Source: Eledone cirrhosa (taxonomy: Eukaryota). From it: a stretch of DNA of 64,000 nt. Below the pieces are notes generated by a model that ran no database searches, was not told the DNA's origin, and saw only the letters and a list, made by a program, of their open reading frames with translations. This document shows, piece after piece, positions 12,843 to 27,300 of this stretch. How positions within the stretch are numbered: position 1 is the stretch's first letter; each line of letters opens with the position of its first letter. Made by a program: the position numbers and the translations under genes. The DNA lies in contig OZ024741.1 of assembly GCA_964016885.1 (NCBI GenBank), positions 3,968,001 to 4,032,000 on the forward strand, in the 5' to 3' direction.

Positions 12843-13397
12843 GTCTTGGTTGTCCACCGTGAACGATGGTGACATCTTCTTTAATTTAGTTCCCGTCTGC
12901 CGTGGGCACACGATAAAAGAGAAACCTGTGGGGGGCATCCAGTGCAGGGTGACGGTCCCACTCACTGGGCCGCAGAAGCCAGAATCCGGTGGTACTGAGG
13001 ACCGTCATGACCAGGGACTTCCTTGGCTGCAGTGGATGGCCACGACGTCTGTAGTGTCTTGCTCTACACCGCTTGCTGTCGCCGCCTTCGTGGCGGTGGG
13101 GACGATGTTGTCCTCCTCCACTCACTCCGCCGGGTCCAGTTTTCGCATGCAGGGGCAGGCATCCCCTATCTAACTCACCCGGGGGTTTCAGACCCATCCG
13201 GCTACCCTCAACCTGGTTTGGCCCGCCAGCCAAGACAGTTTACCAGGGTGTGGCCGCTGTCGCATGCTACAGCTTCTTGGGGCCACAGGTGAGCGCTGAG
13301 TGTCAGGTGGGACCCAATGCAGGACAACCTGTCTTGAAAATGTCATGGCTCCCCCTACCCCCCTACAGAGGTACATGCCCCTCCCTGACACCCCAGG
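12843..13397 (-). mobile_element. Probable non-autonomous RTE-derived element (GC-rich 5' UTR plus short 3' end)
   Basis: GC-rich island between microsatellites; gccatccactgcagccaaggaag-type segment resembling RTE/BovB-group 5' UTRs; ends in an (AC)n-like tail. Recognised from memory only. Confidence 0.45.
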
Positions 13398-13464
13398 CAT
13401 ATATACACGTATATACATACACATACATATGTATATGTGTATATAGATATTTACACACTTTTGG

Positions 13465-13648
13465 ATGGCCGTTGACTCTTATCAGTTCTTCCGCTCTTTG
13501 TCAGGTTTTGTTCTTTGTCCTACAGGGTGTCCAAAATCCCCCTCCTCACCAACATGGTGGGTTACCGGTTTAGTCGCCGAAGACCTGACCATGCGACAGG
13601 TTGTATTGGGTTACATGTTACCAGTAGCACTCAAGAGTGACCCGACAT
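13465..13648 (-). mobile_element. Interspersed repeat, RTE 5'-end-like (copy 1 of 3)
   Basis: Homologous to 17216-17405 (inverted) and 41293-41480 (same orientation): gtttagtcgcc..acctgaccatg..ggttacatgttaccagta. Confidence 0.7.
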
Positions 13649-13993
13649 GTGTGTATGTATATGTGTGTTTGTGTGTATATGTGTATATATATGTGTATAT
13701 GTGTATGTATATGTGTATGTATATATATGTGTGTGTATATATGTGTGTGTATATATATATATGTGTGTGTGTATGTATATGTGTGTGTATATATGTGTGT
13801 GTATGTATATGCGTGTGTATGTGTGTGTGTATGTGTGTGTATGTATATGTGTGTGTATATATGTGAGTGTGTATGTATATGTGTGTGTGTATGTATGTGT
13901 GTGTATGTATGTGTGTGTGTATGTATATGTGTGTGTGTATGTATGTGTGTGTGTATGTATGTGTGTGTGACTGTATATGTGTGTGTGTATATA

Positions 13994-14024
<31 letters not shown>

Positions 14025-14046
14025 GTGTATGTGTATATATATATGT
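13649..14046. repeat. Compound (TG/TA)n microsatellite
   Basis: Direct inspection. Confidence 0.95.
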
Positions 14047-14419
14047 GTAATCTACCAATATTTTGTGAAGTACTTTAAAACTTGTTCACACAGTTCATAT
14101 CACTTGATCTCTCTCTCACCCCTCTTTCTCACACTCTCTCCCTCCCCCTCTCTCTCACACTCTCTCTACCCCCTCTCTCACACACTGTCTTCCCCCCCTC
14201 TGTCTTACACTCTCTCTCCCTCACTTACACGGTTTAACTGGTCATAAAAACAAAATTGTTAAAAGATACGTTAACAAGCTTTTATTGTATTTTTAAACAC
14301 ATACACACACATATACATACACACACATACACACACATACACACACAAACACACACACATACACACACATACACAATGTTACTAATCATTGTTATAACAA
14401 TTATCGTCTTTGTCCTTTT

Positions 14420-14812
14420 CCTCACCACCACCAACACCACTACCACTACTACCACTACCAACACCACCACTACCACCAACACCACTACCACTACCACAAA
14501 CCAGCACCACCACCACCACAACCAACACCACCACTACCACCACCACTACCACCACCAGCACCACCACCAACACCACCGCCACCACCACCACCACCACCAA
14601 CACCACCACTACCAGCACCACCACCACCAACACTACCACCACCACCACCACCATTACCACCACCACCACTAGCACCATAACCACCACCACCACCGCCACA
14701 TCCACTACCACCACCACCATAACCACCACCACCGCCATCACCACTACCACCAACACCACCACCATCACAACCACCACCACCACCACCACAAACACCGCCA
14801 CCACCACCACTA
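14420..14812. repeat. Degenerate (CAC)n microsatellite
   Basis: Direct inspection; source of the poly-Thr/His/Val ORFs. Confidence 0.95.
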
Positions 14813-14813
14813 C

Positions 14814-15570
14814 GTGTTACGGCAGTAATTTGGCCACCATTGCTGACCAGCGAGACGGTGTTACGGCAGTAATTTGACCACCATTGCTGACCAGCGAGAC
14901 GGTGTTACGGCAGTAATTTGACCACCATTGCTGACCAGCGAGACGGTGTTATGGCAGTAATTTGGCCACCATTGCTGACCAGCGAGACGGTGTTACGGCA
15001 GTAATTTGACCACCATTGCTGACCAGCGAGACGGTGTTACGGCAGTAATTTGACCACCATTGCTGACCAGCGAGACGGTGTTACGGCAGTAATTTGACCA
15101 CCATTGCTGACCAGCGAGACGGTGTTACGGCAGTAATTTGGCCACCATTGCTGACCAGCGAGACGGTGTTACGGCAGTAATTTGGCCACCATTGCTGACC
15201 AGCGAGACGGTGTTACGGCAGTAATTTGGCCACCATTGCTGACCAGCGAGACGGTGTTACGGCAGTAATTTGGCCACCATTGCTGACCAGCGAGACGGTG
15301 TTACGGCAGTAATTTGACCACCATTGCTGACCAGCGAGACGGTGTTACGGCAGTAATTTGACCACCATTGCTGACCAGCGAGACGGTGTTACGGCAGTAA
15401 TTTGACCACCATTGCTGACCAGCGAGACGGTGTTACGGCAGTAATTTGGCCACCATTGCTGACCAGCGAGACGGTGTTACGGCAGTAATTTGACCACCAT
15501 TGCTGACCAGCGAGACGGTGCTACGGCAGTAATTTGGCCACCATTGCTGACCAGCGAGACGGTGTTACGG
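14814..15570. repeat. 44-bp minisatellite, ~17 near-identical copies
   Basis: Unit gtgttacggcagtaatttgRccaccattgctgaccagcgagacg; mostly a single G/A variant. Confidence 0.97.
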
Positions 15571-15604
15571 CCGACGGTCCAAACAACCAATGGACGTTGG
15601 CTGT

Positions 15605-17215
15605 ATTGTGAGTGTGTGTATGTGTATATATGCCTGTACGTGTGGGTATGTACGAATGTGTGTGTGCCCGTGTACGTGTATATGTGTGCACGTGTGTGTG
15701 TACGTGTTGGGCGTAGGGATCCGTAGCTATACATGCAAATGTGGGTGTAGTGTGTGTGAGTGTGTGTATGCAGTGGGTGTAGTGTGTGTGAGTGTGTGTA
15801 TGCAGTGGGTGTAGTGTGTGTGAGTGTGTGTATGCAGTGGGTGTAGTGTGTGTGAGTGTGTGTATGCAGTGGGTGTAGTGTGTGTGAGTGTGTGTATGTA
15901 GTGGGTGTAGTGTGTGTGAGTGTGTATGGAGTGTGTGTAGTGTGTGTGAGTGGGTGTATGTAGTGGGTGTAGTGTGTGAGTGTGTGTATGGAGTGGGTGT
16001 AGTGTGTGTATGGAGTGGGTGTAGTGTATGGAGTGGGTGTAGTGTGTGTAGTGTGTGTATGGAGTGGGTGTAGTGTGTGTATGGAGTGGGTGTAGTGTAT
16101 GGAGTGGGTGTAGTGTGTGTAGTGTGTGTATGGAGTGGGTGTAGTGTGTGTGAGTGGGTGTAGTGTATGGAGTGGGTGTAGTGTGTGTAGTGTGTGTATG
16201 GAGTGGGTGTAGTGTGTGTGAGTGGGTGTATTGTGTGTTTATGGAGTGGGTGTAGTGTGTGTAGTGTGTGTGAGTGGGTGTATGGAGTGGGTGTAGTGTG
16301 TGTGAGTGGGTGTATGGAGTGGGTGTAGTGTGTGTGAGTGTGTGTATGGAGTGGGTGTAGTGTGTGTGAGTGGGTGTATGGAGTGGGTGTAGTGTGTGTA
16401 TGGAGTGGGTGTAGTGTGTGTGAGTGGGTGTAGTGTGTGTGTATGGAGTGGGTGTAGTGTGTGTGAGTGTGTGTATGGAGTGGGTGTAGTGTGTGTGAGT
16501 GTGTGTATGGAGTGGGTGTAGTGTGTGTGAGTGGGTGTAGTGTGTGTGAGTGGGTGTAGTGTGTGTGAGCGTGGGTATGAAGTGGGTGTAGTGTGTGTGA
16601 GTGGGTGTATGGAGTGGGTGTAGTGTGTATGGAGTGGGTGTAGTGTGTGTGAGCGTGGGTATGGAGTGGGTGTAGTGTGTGTATGGTGTGTGTATTGTGT
16701 GTGAGTGTATGTATGATGTGTATATTGTGTGTGAGTGTGTGTATGGTGTGTGTGTATTGTGTGTGTGTAGTGTGTGTGTATTGTGTGTGAGTGTATGTAT
16801 GGAGTGTGTGTAGTGTGTGTGAGTGTGTGTAGTGTGTGTATGGAGTGTGTGTATGGAGTGTGTGTATGGCGTGTGAGTGTGTGACTGTGTGACTGTGTGA
16901 GTGTGTGTAGTGTGTGAGTGTGTGTATGGAGTGTGTGTAGTGTGTGTAGTGTGTGTAGTGTGTGTGAGTGTGTGTATCTGTGTATCTGTGTATATGTATG
17001 TGTGTATATGTATGTGTGTATATGTGTGTGTGTGTGTATATGTATGTGTGTATATGTATGTGTGTATATGTGTGTGTGTATGTGTGTATATGTATGTGTG
17101 CATATGTGTGTGTATGTGTATGTGTGTATATGTATGTGTGTGTATGTCTATGTGTATGTGTGTATATGTATGTGTGTATATGTGTGTGTGTATGTATGTC
17201 CATGAGTGTGTGTAT
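15605..17215. repeat. TG-rich compound micro/minisatellite (ggagtgggtgtagtgtgtgt motifs)
   Basis: Direct inspection. Confidence 0.93.
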
Positions 17216-17823
17216 GTCAGGTCACCAGTTGGTGCTACTGGTAACATGTATCCCAGTACAACCTGCCTCATGGTCGGGTCGTTGGCGACTAAACTGGCAA
17301 CCCCACCAAGGTTTCTTGGTGAGGAGGGTGACTTTGGACATCCTGCAGGACTAAAAACAAAACCTGTCAAAGGGCAAAGGAGCTCTTAAGAGTCAATGGC
17401 CATCCAAAATCACCGGGAGAGATGACCCCTTAGCCTTTGTCAAGGCAGAATTCTAGGAGAAGGAAAACTCTGATATAACACCTGCAACCCTGATGGTATC
17501 CAATGATGTTGACTTGTTCTTCTTTTTGGTAAATATCATCTTGGTTAAGAGAGTGGGACTGGCTTTGTGCAGTGCTTTGCTCACTATAAAAGCTTCACGG
17601 CACAGGCATTGCTTTATATCTGGAGATCTCTCTGCACTTGTTGTCACATGGTACCATGGGCCCTGCACTGTGTCAATAATTGTCACAAGTGTAGTGTTTG
17701 TACCAGAGTTTTCAAGTCGCAGGCTGGACTAAAAAGTCACACTCGTTCAGCACATCGGTAGGGGTTCTCCTACATGGATATAAAGTAGTGGCCGTACTCG
17801 AAAACGAGTTGGCAGCCACCAAG
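17216..17823 (+). mobile_element. Internally deleted, non-autonomous RTE-type element (5' end joined to ORF2 C-terminal zinc finger and 3' end)
   Basis: The 5' part matches the repeat at 13465 and 41293. The 3' part encodes CSVCTRVFKSQAGLKSHTRSAHR*, the C2H2-like terminus of RTE ORF2, followed by a short UTR and microsatellite tail. Confidence 0.6.
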
Positions 17824-17875
17824 TGTGTGTGTCTGTGTGTATGTATGTGTGTGTATGTATCTGTGTGTGTGTATA

Positions 17876-17906
<31 letters not shown>

Positions 17907-18062
17907 GTATGTGTGTGTGTATGTATCTGTGTATGTATGTGTGTATGTGTGTGTGTGTATGTATGTATGTATGTATGTATGTATGTATGTATGTATGTAT
18001 GTATGTATGTATGTATGTATGTATGTATGTGTGTATGTGTGTATCTGCGTGTATGTGTGTAT
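17824..18062. repeat. (TG)/(TATG)n microsatellite
   Basis: Direct inspection. Confidence 0.95.
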
Positions 18063-18252
18063 CCAGACTGATAATTAACCTAATTATAATCTTACTGATT
18101 ACCATGTTAATGAGTTCAAGAGGTCAACTTGTTAATGTCCACCACTCGAATGTCTTTATCAATTTCCCTGTTCGGTGTAAGACACGAACAAAGTCCTAGG
18201 GAGTGGCTCAATTCCACAACTTCACATTGCTTGTTTATCGTATGGTCTATAA

Positions 18253-18350
18253 CAGTGGTTCTTAACCTTTCTTTACCAGCGGCACACCTTGGAACGCAGG
18301 AAGAAATAGCGGCACACCAGTCTAAATGTATATGAAAAATATTTGAAATT
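18253..18350 (+). mobile_element. hAT (Charlie-like) MITE left end
   Basis: TIR-like CAGTGGTTCTTAACCT preceded by gtctataa (Charlie-type nTCTAnAn target); two subterminal gcggcacacc motifs; no right TIR found. Confidence 0.6.
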
Positions 18351-21300
18351 TACGGCATACAACCATAGACACAGACTAGTCATAGACGGCATACAACTGT
18401 AGAAATAGACTAGTCATAGACGGCATACAACTGTAGAAATAGACTAGTCATAGACGGAATACAACTGTAGACACAGAGTAGTCATAGACGGCATACAACT
18501 GTAGAAATAGACTAGTCATAGACGGCATACAACCATAGACACAGAGTAGTCATAGACGGCATACAACTGTAGAAATGGACTAGTCATAGACAGCATACAA
18601 CCATAGACACAGACTAGTCATAGACGGCATACAACTGTAGAAATAGACTAGTCATAGACGGCATACAACCATAGTCATAGACGGCATACAACTGTAGAAA
18701 CAGACTAGTCTTAGACGGCATACAACTGTAGACATAGACAAGTCAATGACGGTAAACAACAGTAGATACAGACTAGTCTTAGACGGCATACAACAGTAGA
18801 CACAGGCTAGTCATAGTCGTTACACAACTGTAGACACAAACTAGTCATAGACGGTATACAACAGTAGAAACAGACTAGTCATAGACGGTATACAACAGTA
18901 GACACAGACTAGTCATAGACGATATACAACAAGACACAGACTAGTCATAGACGGTATACGACAGTAGACACAGGCTAGTCATAGACGGTATACAAATATA
19001 GACACAGACTAGTCATAGACGGTATACAACAGTAGGCAGAGACTAGTCATAGACGGTATACAACTGTAGACATAGACTAGTCATAGACGCTATACAACTG
19101 TAGACACAGAGTAGTCATAGACGGTATACAACAGTAGACACAGACTAGTCATAGACGGGATACAAAAGTAGACACAGATTAGTCTTAGACGGCATACAAC
19201 TATACACACAGACTAGTCATAGACGGTATACAATTGAAGATACAGACTAGTCTTAGACGGCATACAACTATAGACACAGACTAGTGATAGACGGTATACA
19301 ACTGTAGACACAGACTAGTCATAGACGGTATACAACAGTAGACACAGGCTAGTCATAGACGGTATACAACTGTAGACACAGACTAGTCATAGACGGTATA
19401 CAACAGTAGACACAGACTAGTCTTAGTCGGCTTACAACTGCAGACACAGACTAGTCATAGACGGTATACAACTGCAGACACAGACTAGTCATAGACGGTA
19501 TACAACTGTAGACACAGACTAGTAATAGACGGTATACAACTGTAGACACAGACTAGTCATAGACGGTATACATTTGTACACGGACTAGTCAAAGACGGTA
19601 TACAACGGTAGACGCAAACTAGTCATAGACGGTATACACAGTGTAGTCATAGACGGTATATAAATGTTGACATAGACTAGTCATAGACAGTATACAACTG
19701 TAGACACAGACAGGTCATAGATGGTATACAACTGTAGACAGAGACTAGTCATAGACGGCATACAACTGTAGACACAGATAGGTCATAGATGGTATACAAC
19801 TGTAGACAGAGAGAAGTCATAGACGGTATAAAATTGTAACCGTAGACTAGTCATAGACAGTATACATCAGTAGACAGATACTAGTCATAGACGGCCTACA
19901 ACTGTAGACATAGACTAGCCATAGACGGTATACAACTGTAGTCATAGTCGGTATACAACTGTTGATAGGGACTAGTCATAGACACTATACAACAGTAGAC
20001 ACAGACAGGTCATAGATGGTATACAACTGTAGACAGACACTAGTCACAGACGGCATACAATTCTAGACACAGATAGGTCATAGACGGTATACAACAGTTG
20101 ACAGACAGAAGTCATAGACGGTATAAAATTGTAAACATAGACTAGTCATAGACAGTATACATCAGTAGACAGATACTAGTCATAGACGGCATACAACTGT
20201 AGACAGACTAGGCATAGACGGTATATAACTGTAGACATAGACAAGTCATAGATGGTATACAACTGTAGACACTATCTAGTCATAGACGGTATACAACTGT
20301 AGACACAGACTAGTCATAGACGGTATACAACTGTAGATATGAACAAGTCATAGATGGTATACAACTTTAGCCACAGACTAGTCATAGACGGTATACAACT
20401 GTAGACAGAGACTAGTCATAGACGGTATACAACAGTAGACATAGACTAGTCATATACAGTATACAACTGTAGACAGACTAGTCTTATACGGCATACAACT
20501 GTAGACACAGACTAGTCATGGCCCGTATACAACTGTAGACACTGACTAGTCATAGACGGTATACAACAGTAAAGAGAGAACAGTCATAGAGGGTATATAA
20601 CTGTAGACAGAGAGTAGTCATAGACGGTATACAACTGTAGACATAGACTAGGCATAGACGGTATACAACGGCATACAAGTGACACAGACTAGTCATAGAC
20701 GATATATGTCTATAGACAGAGACTAGTCTTAGAGGGCATACAACTGTAGACACAGACTCGGCATAGTAGGTATACCACCCTAGACACAGACTAGTCATAG
20801 ACGGTATACAACTGTAGACATAGACCAGTCATAGACGGTATACAATTGTAGATATAGACAGGTAATAGACGGCACACAACTAGAGACATAGACAAGTCAT
20901 ACATGGTATACAACGGTAGACTGAGTGTAGTCATAGACGGTATACAACTGCAGACACAAACTAGTCATAGACGGTAGTCAACTGTAGACACAGACTTGTC
21001 ATATGCGGTATACAACTGTAGACATAGACATGTCATAGATGGTATACAACCTTAGACACAGACAAGTCATAGTCAGTATACAACTGTAGACAGAGACTAG
21101 TCATATCATAGACGGAATACAACTGTAGATATAGACAAGTCATAGACGGTATACAACTGTAGACATTGACAAGTCATAGATGGTGGACAACTGTAGACAC
21201 AGATAAGTCATAGTCGGTATACAACTGTAGACAGAGCCTAGTCATATACGGCATTCAACTGTAGACATAGATAACTCATAGACAGTATACAAACGTAGAC

Positions 21301-24300
21301 AAACACTAGTCATAGACGGTATACAACTGTAGACACAGACTAGTCATAGAGGGTATTCAACTGTAGACACAGACAAGTCATACACGGTATACAACTGTAG
21401 ACACAGACTAGTCATATGCGGTATACAACTATAGACATCGACTAGTCATAGAGAGCATACAACCGTTAACACAGACAAGTCATAGACGGTATATAACTGG
21501 AGACATAGACAAATCAAAGATGGTATACAACTGTAGGCAAAGACTTGACATAGACGGTATACAACAGTAGAGAGAGACTAGTCATAGGCGGTATACAACT
21601 GTAGACACAGACTAGTCATTGACGGTATACAACAGTAGAGAGAGACTAGTCATAGACGGTATACAACTGTAGACACAGACTAGTCTTAGAAGGCATACAA
21701 CTGTAGACACAGACTAGTCATAGACGATATACATCTGTAGACCGAGACTAGTCTTAGACGGCATACAACTGTAGACACAGACTCGTCATAGACGGTATAC
21801 CAATGTAGACAGAGACTATTCATAGACGGTATAAAACTGTAGATATAGACAAGTCATAGACGGTATACAACTGTACACACAATCTAGTCATAGACGGTAT
21901 ACAACAATAGACAAAGACTAGTCACAGACGGTATACAACTGTAGACAGAGACTAGTCATAGACGGTATACAACTGTAGACACAGACTAGACTTAGACGGC
22001 ATACAAGTGTAGACACAGACTAGTCATAGACGGTATACAACTGTAGACAGAGACTAGTCATAGACGGTATACAACTGTAGACACAGACTAGTCATTGACG
22101 GTATACAACAGTAGACACCGGCTAGTCATAGACGGTATACAACAGTAGACACAAACTAGTCATTGACGGTATACAACTGTAGACACAGACTAGTCATTGA
22201 CGGTATACAACTGTAGACACAGACTAGTCATTGACGGTATACAACTGTAGACACAGACTAGTCATTGACGGTATACAACAGTAGACACAGACTAGTCATA
22301 GACGGTATACAACAGTAGACACAAACTAGTCTTAGACTGCATACAACTGCAGACACAGACTAATCATAGAGGGTGTTCAACTGTAGACACAGACAAGTCA
22401 TAAACGGTATACAACTGTAGACACAGACTAGACTTAGACGGCATACAAGTGTAGACACAGACTAGTCATAGACCGTATACAACTGTAGACAGAAACTAGT
22501 CATAGACGGTATACAACTGTAGACGCAGACTAGTCATTGACGGTATACAACAGTAGACACGGGCTAGTCATAGACGGTATACAAATGTAGACACAGACTA
22601 GTCATAGACGGTATACAAAAGTAGACACAGACTAGTCTTAGACTGCATACAACTGCAGACACAGACTAGTCATAGATTATATACAACTGTAGACACAGAC
22701 TAGTCATAGGCGGTATACAACTGTAGACACAGACTAGTCTTAAACGGTATACAACTGTACACAGTGACTAGTAACAGACAGCATACGACTGTAGACATAG
22801 ACAAGTCATAAACGGTATACAACTGTAGACACAGACTAGTCATAGACGGTATACAACTGTAGACAGAGACTAGTCACAGACGGTATACAACTGTAGACAT
22901 AGACAAGTTATTGACGGTATACAACTGTAGACACATTCTAGTAATTGACGGTAAAAAACAGTAGACGCAGACTAGACATAGACGGTATACAATTGTAGAC
23001 ATAGACTAGTCATAGACAGTATACAACTGTAGACATGGACTAGTCATAGACGGTATACAAATGTAGACACAGACTAGACATAGACGGTATACAACTGTAG
23101 ACAGAGACTAGTCATATCATAAACGGAATACAACTGTAGATATAGACAAGTCATAGACGGTATACAACTGTACACACAAACTAGTCAGAGACGGTATACA
23201 ACAATAGACAAAGACTAGTCACAGACGGTATACAGCTGTAGACAGAGACTAGTCATAGACGGTATACAACAGTAGACATAGACTAGTCATATACGGTATA
23301 CAACAGTAGACAGAGACTAGTCTTAGACTGCATAGAATTGTAGACACAGACTAGTCATAGAGGGTATAGAACTGTAGACAGAGACTAGTCATAGACGGTA
23401 TACAACTGTAGATACAGACAAGTCATAGCCGGTATATAACTGTAGACACAGACAAGTCATAGACGGTATACAACTGTAGACACAGACTAGTCATAGACGG
23501 TATACAATTGTACACGGACTAGTCAAAGACGGTATACAACTGTAGACACAAACTAATCATAGACGGTATACAACTGTAGTCATAGACGGTATACAACTGT
23601 TGACATAGACTAGTCGTAGACAGTATACAACTGTAGACACAGACAGGTCATAGATGGTATATAACTGTAGACAGAGACTAGTCATAGACGGCATACAACT
23701 GTAGACTCAGATAGGTCATAGACGGTATACAACTGCAGACACAGAGAAGTCATAGACGGTAGAAAATTGTAGGCATAGACTAGTCAAGGACGGTATACAT
23801 CAGTAGACAGCTACTAGTCATAGACGGTATACAACTGTATACATAGATTAGTCATAGACGGTATATAACTGTAGACATGGACAAGTCATTGATGGTATAA
23901 AACTGTAGACACTATCTAGTCATAGACGGTATACAACTGTAGACACAGACTAGTCATAGACGGTATACAACTGAAGACATGAACAAGTCATAGATGGTAT
24001 ACAACTGTAGCCACAGACTAGTCATAGACGGTATACAACTGTAGACACAGACAAGTCGTAGATGATGTACAACTGTAGACACAGATTAGTCATAGACGGT
24101 ATACAACTGTAGACACAGACAAGTCATAGACGGTATACAACTCTAGACACAGTCTAGTCATACAGGGTATACAACTATAGACATAGACAAGTCATAGACG
24201 GTATACAACTGTACACACAGACTAGTCACAGATGGTATACAACTGTAGACATAGACAAGTCATAGATGATATACAACTCTAGACACTATCTAGTCATAGA

Positions 24301-27300
24301 CATTATACAACAGTTGACAGAGACAAGTCATAGATGGTATACAACTGTAGACAGAGACTAGTCATAGACGGTATACAACTGTAGATAGAGACAAGTCATA
24401 GAATGTATACAACTGTACACACAAACTAGTCAAAGACGTTATACAACAGTAGACACAGACTAGTCATAGACGGTATACAACATTAGATAGAGACTAGTCA
24501 TAGACGGTATACAACTGTAGACATAGACTAGTCATAGACGGTATACAACAGTTGACACAGACTAGTCATAGACGGCATACAACTGTAGATACACACAAGT
24601 CAGACGGTATGCAATTGTAGACATAGGCTAGTCATATACGGTATACAACTGTATACACTATTTAGTCATAGACGGTATACAACAGTAGACAGAGATTAGT
24701 CATAGACGGTATACAACAGTAGACACAGACTAGTCATAGACGGTATACAACACTAGACAGAGACCATTCATAGATGGTATACAACTGTAGACACAGACTA
24801 GTCTTAGAAGGCACACAAATATAGACACAGACTAGTCATAGACGATATACATCTGTAGACACAGTCTAGTCATAGAGGGTATACAACTGCAGACACAAAC
24901 TAGTCATAGACGGTACACAACTGTAGACACAGACTAGTCATATGCGGTATACAACTGTAGACATAGACATGTCATAGATGGTATACAACCTTAAACACAG
25001 ACAAGTCATAGACGGTATACAACTGTAGACACAGAGAAGTCATAGACGGTATACAACTGTAGACATAGAAAAGTCATAGCTGGTATACAACTGTAGACAC
25101 AGACAAGTCATAGACGGTATACAACTGTAGACACTCACTAGTCATATGCGGCATACAACTGTAGACATAGACTAGTCATAGACAGTATACAACCGTAGAC
25201 AAACACTAGTCATAGACGGTATACAACTGTAGACACAGACTAGTCATAGACGGTATATAACTGTAGTCATAGACAAGTAATAGACGGCATACAACTGTAG
25301 ACACACACTAGTTAGAGACGGTATACAACTGTATGTGTCTACAGTTGTATACCGTCTATGACTAGTCTCTCTCTCTACTGTTGTATACCGTCTATGACTA
25401 GTCTGTGTCTACAGTTGTATACCGTCTATAACTTGTCTGTGTCTACAGTTGAACACCCTCTATGATTAGTCTGTGTGTACAGTTGTATACCGTCTATGAC
25501 TAGTGTTTGTCTACGGTTGTATACTGTCTATGACTAGTCTATGTCTACAGTTGTATGCCGCATATGACTAGTGGCTGTCTACAGTTGTATACCGTCTATG
25601 ACTTGTCTCTGTCTACAGTTGTCTACCATCTATGACTTCTCAATGTCTACATTTGTATACCGTCTATGACTGAACTGTGTCTACAGTTGTATACTGACTA
25701 TGACTTGTCTATGTCTACAGTTGTATACCGTCTATGACTTGTCTGTGTCTAAGGTTGTATACCATCTATGACATGTCTATGTCTAGAGTTGTATACCGCA
25801 TATGACTAGTCTGTGTCTACAGTTGCGTACCGTCTATGACTAGTTTGTGTCTGCAGTTGTATACCCTCTATGACTAGTCTGTGTCTACAGTTGTATACCG
25901 TCTATGACTTGACTGTGTCTACCGTTGTATACCATCTATGACTTGTCTATGTCTCCAGTTGTGTGCAGTCTATTACCTGTCTCTATACAATTGTACACAG
26001 ACTTGTCTGTGTCCAAGGTTGTATACCATCTATGACATGTCTATGTCTAGAGACTAGTCATAGACGGTATACAACTGTTGACATAGACCAGTCATAGACC
26101 GCATACAACTGTAGATATAGACAAGTAATAGAGGGCATACAACTGGAGACACACACTAGTTAGAGACGGTATACAATTGTAGTCATAGACTAGTCATAGA
26201 CGGTATACAACTGTGGACAGAGACTAGTCTTAGACGGCTTACAACTGTAGACACAGACTCGTCATAGACGGTATACCACTGTAGACAGAGACTATTCATA
26301 GACGGTATGCAATTGTAGACATAGACAGGAAATAGAAGGCACATAACTGGAGACATAGACAAGTCATAGATGGTATACAACTGTAGACACAGTCTAGTCA
26401 TAGACGGTATATAACTGTAGACACAGACTAGTCATAGAGGGTATACAACTGCAGACACAAACTAGTCATAGACGGTATACAATTGTAGACATAGACAGGT
26501 AATAGACGGCACACAACTGGAGACATAGACAAGACATTGACGGTATACAACAGTAGACAGAGAATAGTTATAGACGGTATACAACTGTAGACACAACTAG
26601 TAATAGACTGTATACAACTCTATTCACAGACAAGTCATAGAAGGTATACAACTGTAGTCATAGACTAGTCATAGATGGTACACAAACTTAGACACAGACA
26701 AGTCATTGAGGGTATACAATTGTAGACACAGACCAGTCATGTGCGGTCTACAATTGTAGATATAGACTAGTCATAGACGGTATAAAACAGTAGACACCGA
26801 CTAGTCATAGACGGTATACAACTGTAGACAGACTAGTTAAAGACGGTATACAACTGTAGACAGAGTAGTCATAGACGGTATAAAACTGTAGATAGACTAG
26901 TCGTAGACGGTATAGAACTGTAGGCACAGACTAGTCATATGCGGTATACAACTGTAGATATAGACTAGTCATAGACGGTATACAACTGAAGACACAGAGT
27001 AGTCATATACGGTATACAACTGTAGACACAGACTAGTCATAGACGGTATACAACAGTAGACACCGACTAGTCTTAGACGGTATAAATCTGTAGACACAGA
27101 CAAATCATAGACGGTATACAACTGTAGACATAGACTAGTAATGGACAGTATACAACAGTAGACAGAGACTAGTCATAGACGGTATACAACTGTAGACATA
27201 GACTAGTCATAGACGGTATACACCTGTAGACATAGACAAGTCATAGATTGTAGACCACTGTAGTCACAGACTAGTCATAAACGGTATACAACTGTAGACA

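Noticed and set aside
14814-15570. CRISPR-like appearance of the 44-bp array (also the 27-bp/GTT array at 39.3 kb)
   Set aside because: No unique spacers, no cas genes, eukaryotic context.
17225-17300. HDV-like ribozyme in the RTE 5' module
   Set aside because: P2, P4 and CUAA-like parts are visible, but I could not build a valid P1/P3 by eye; not called as a feature.
12611-18199. Many long ORFs rich in C/V/Y/M or H/T/I
   Set aside because: Translations of dinucleotide and trinucleotide microsatellites.
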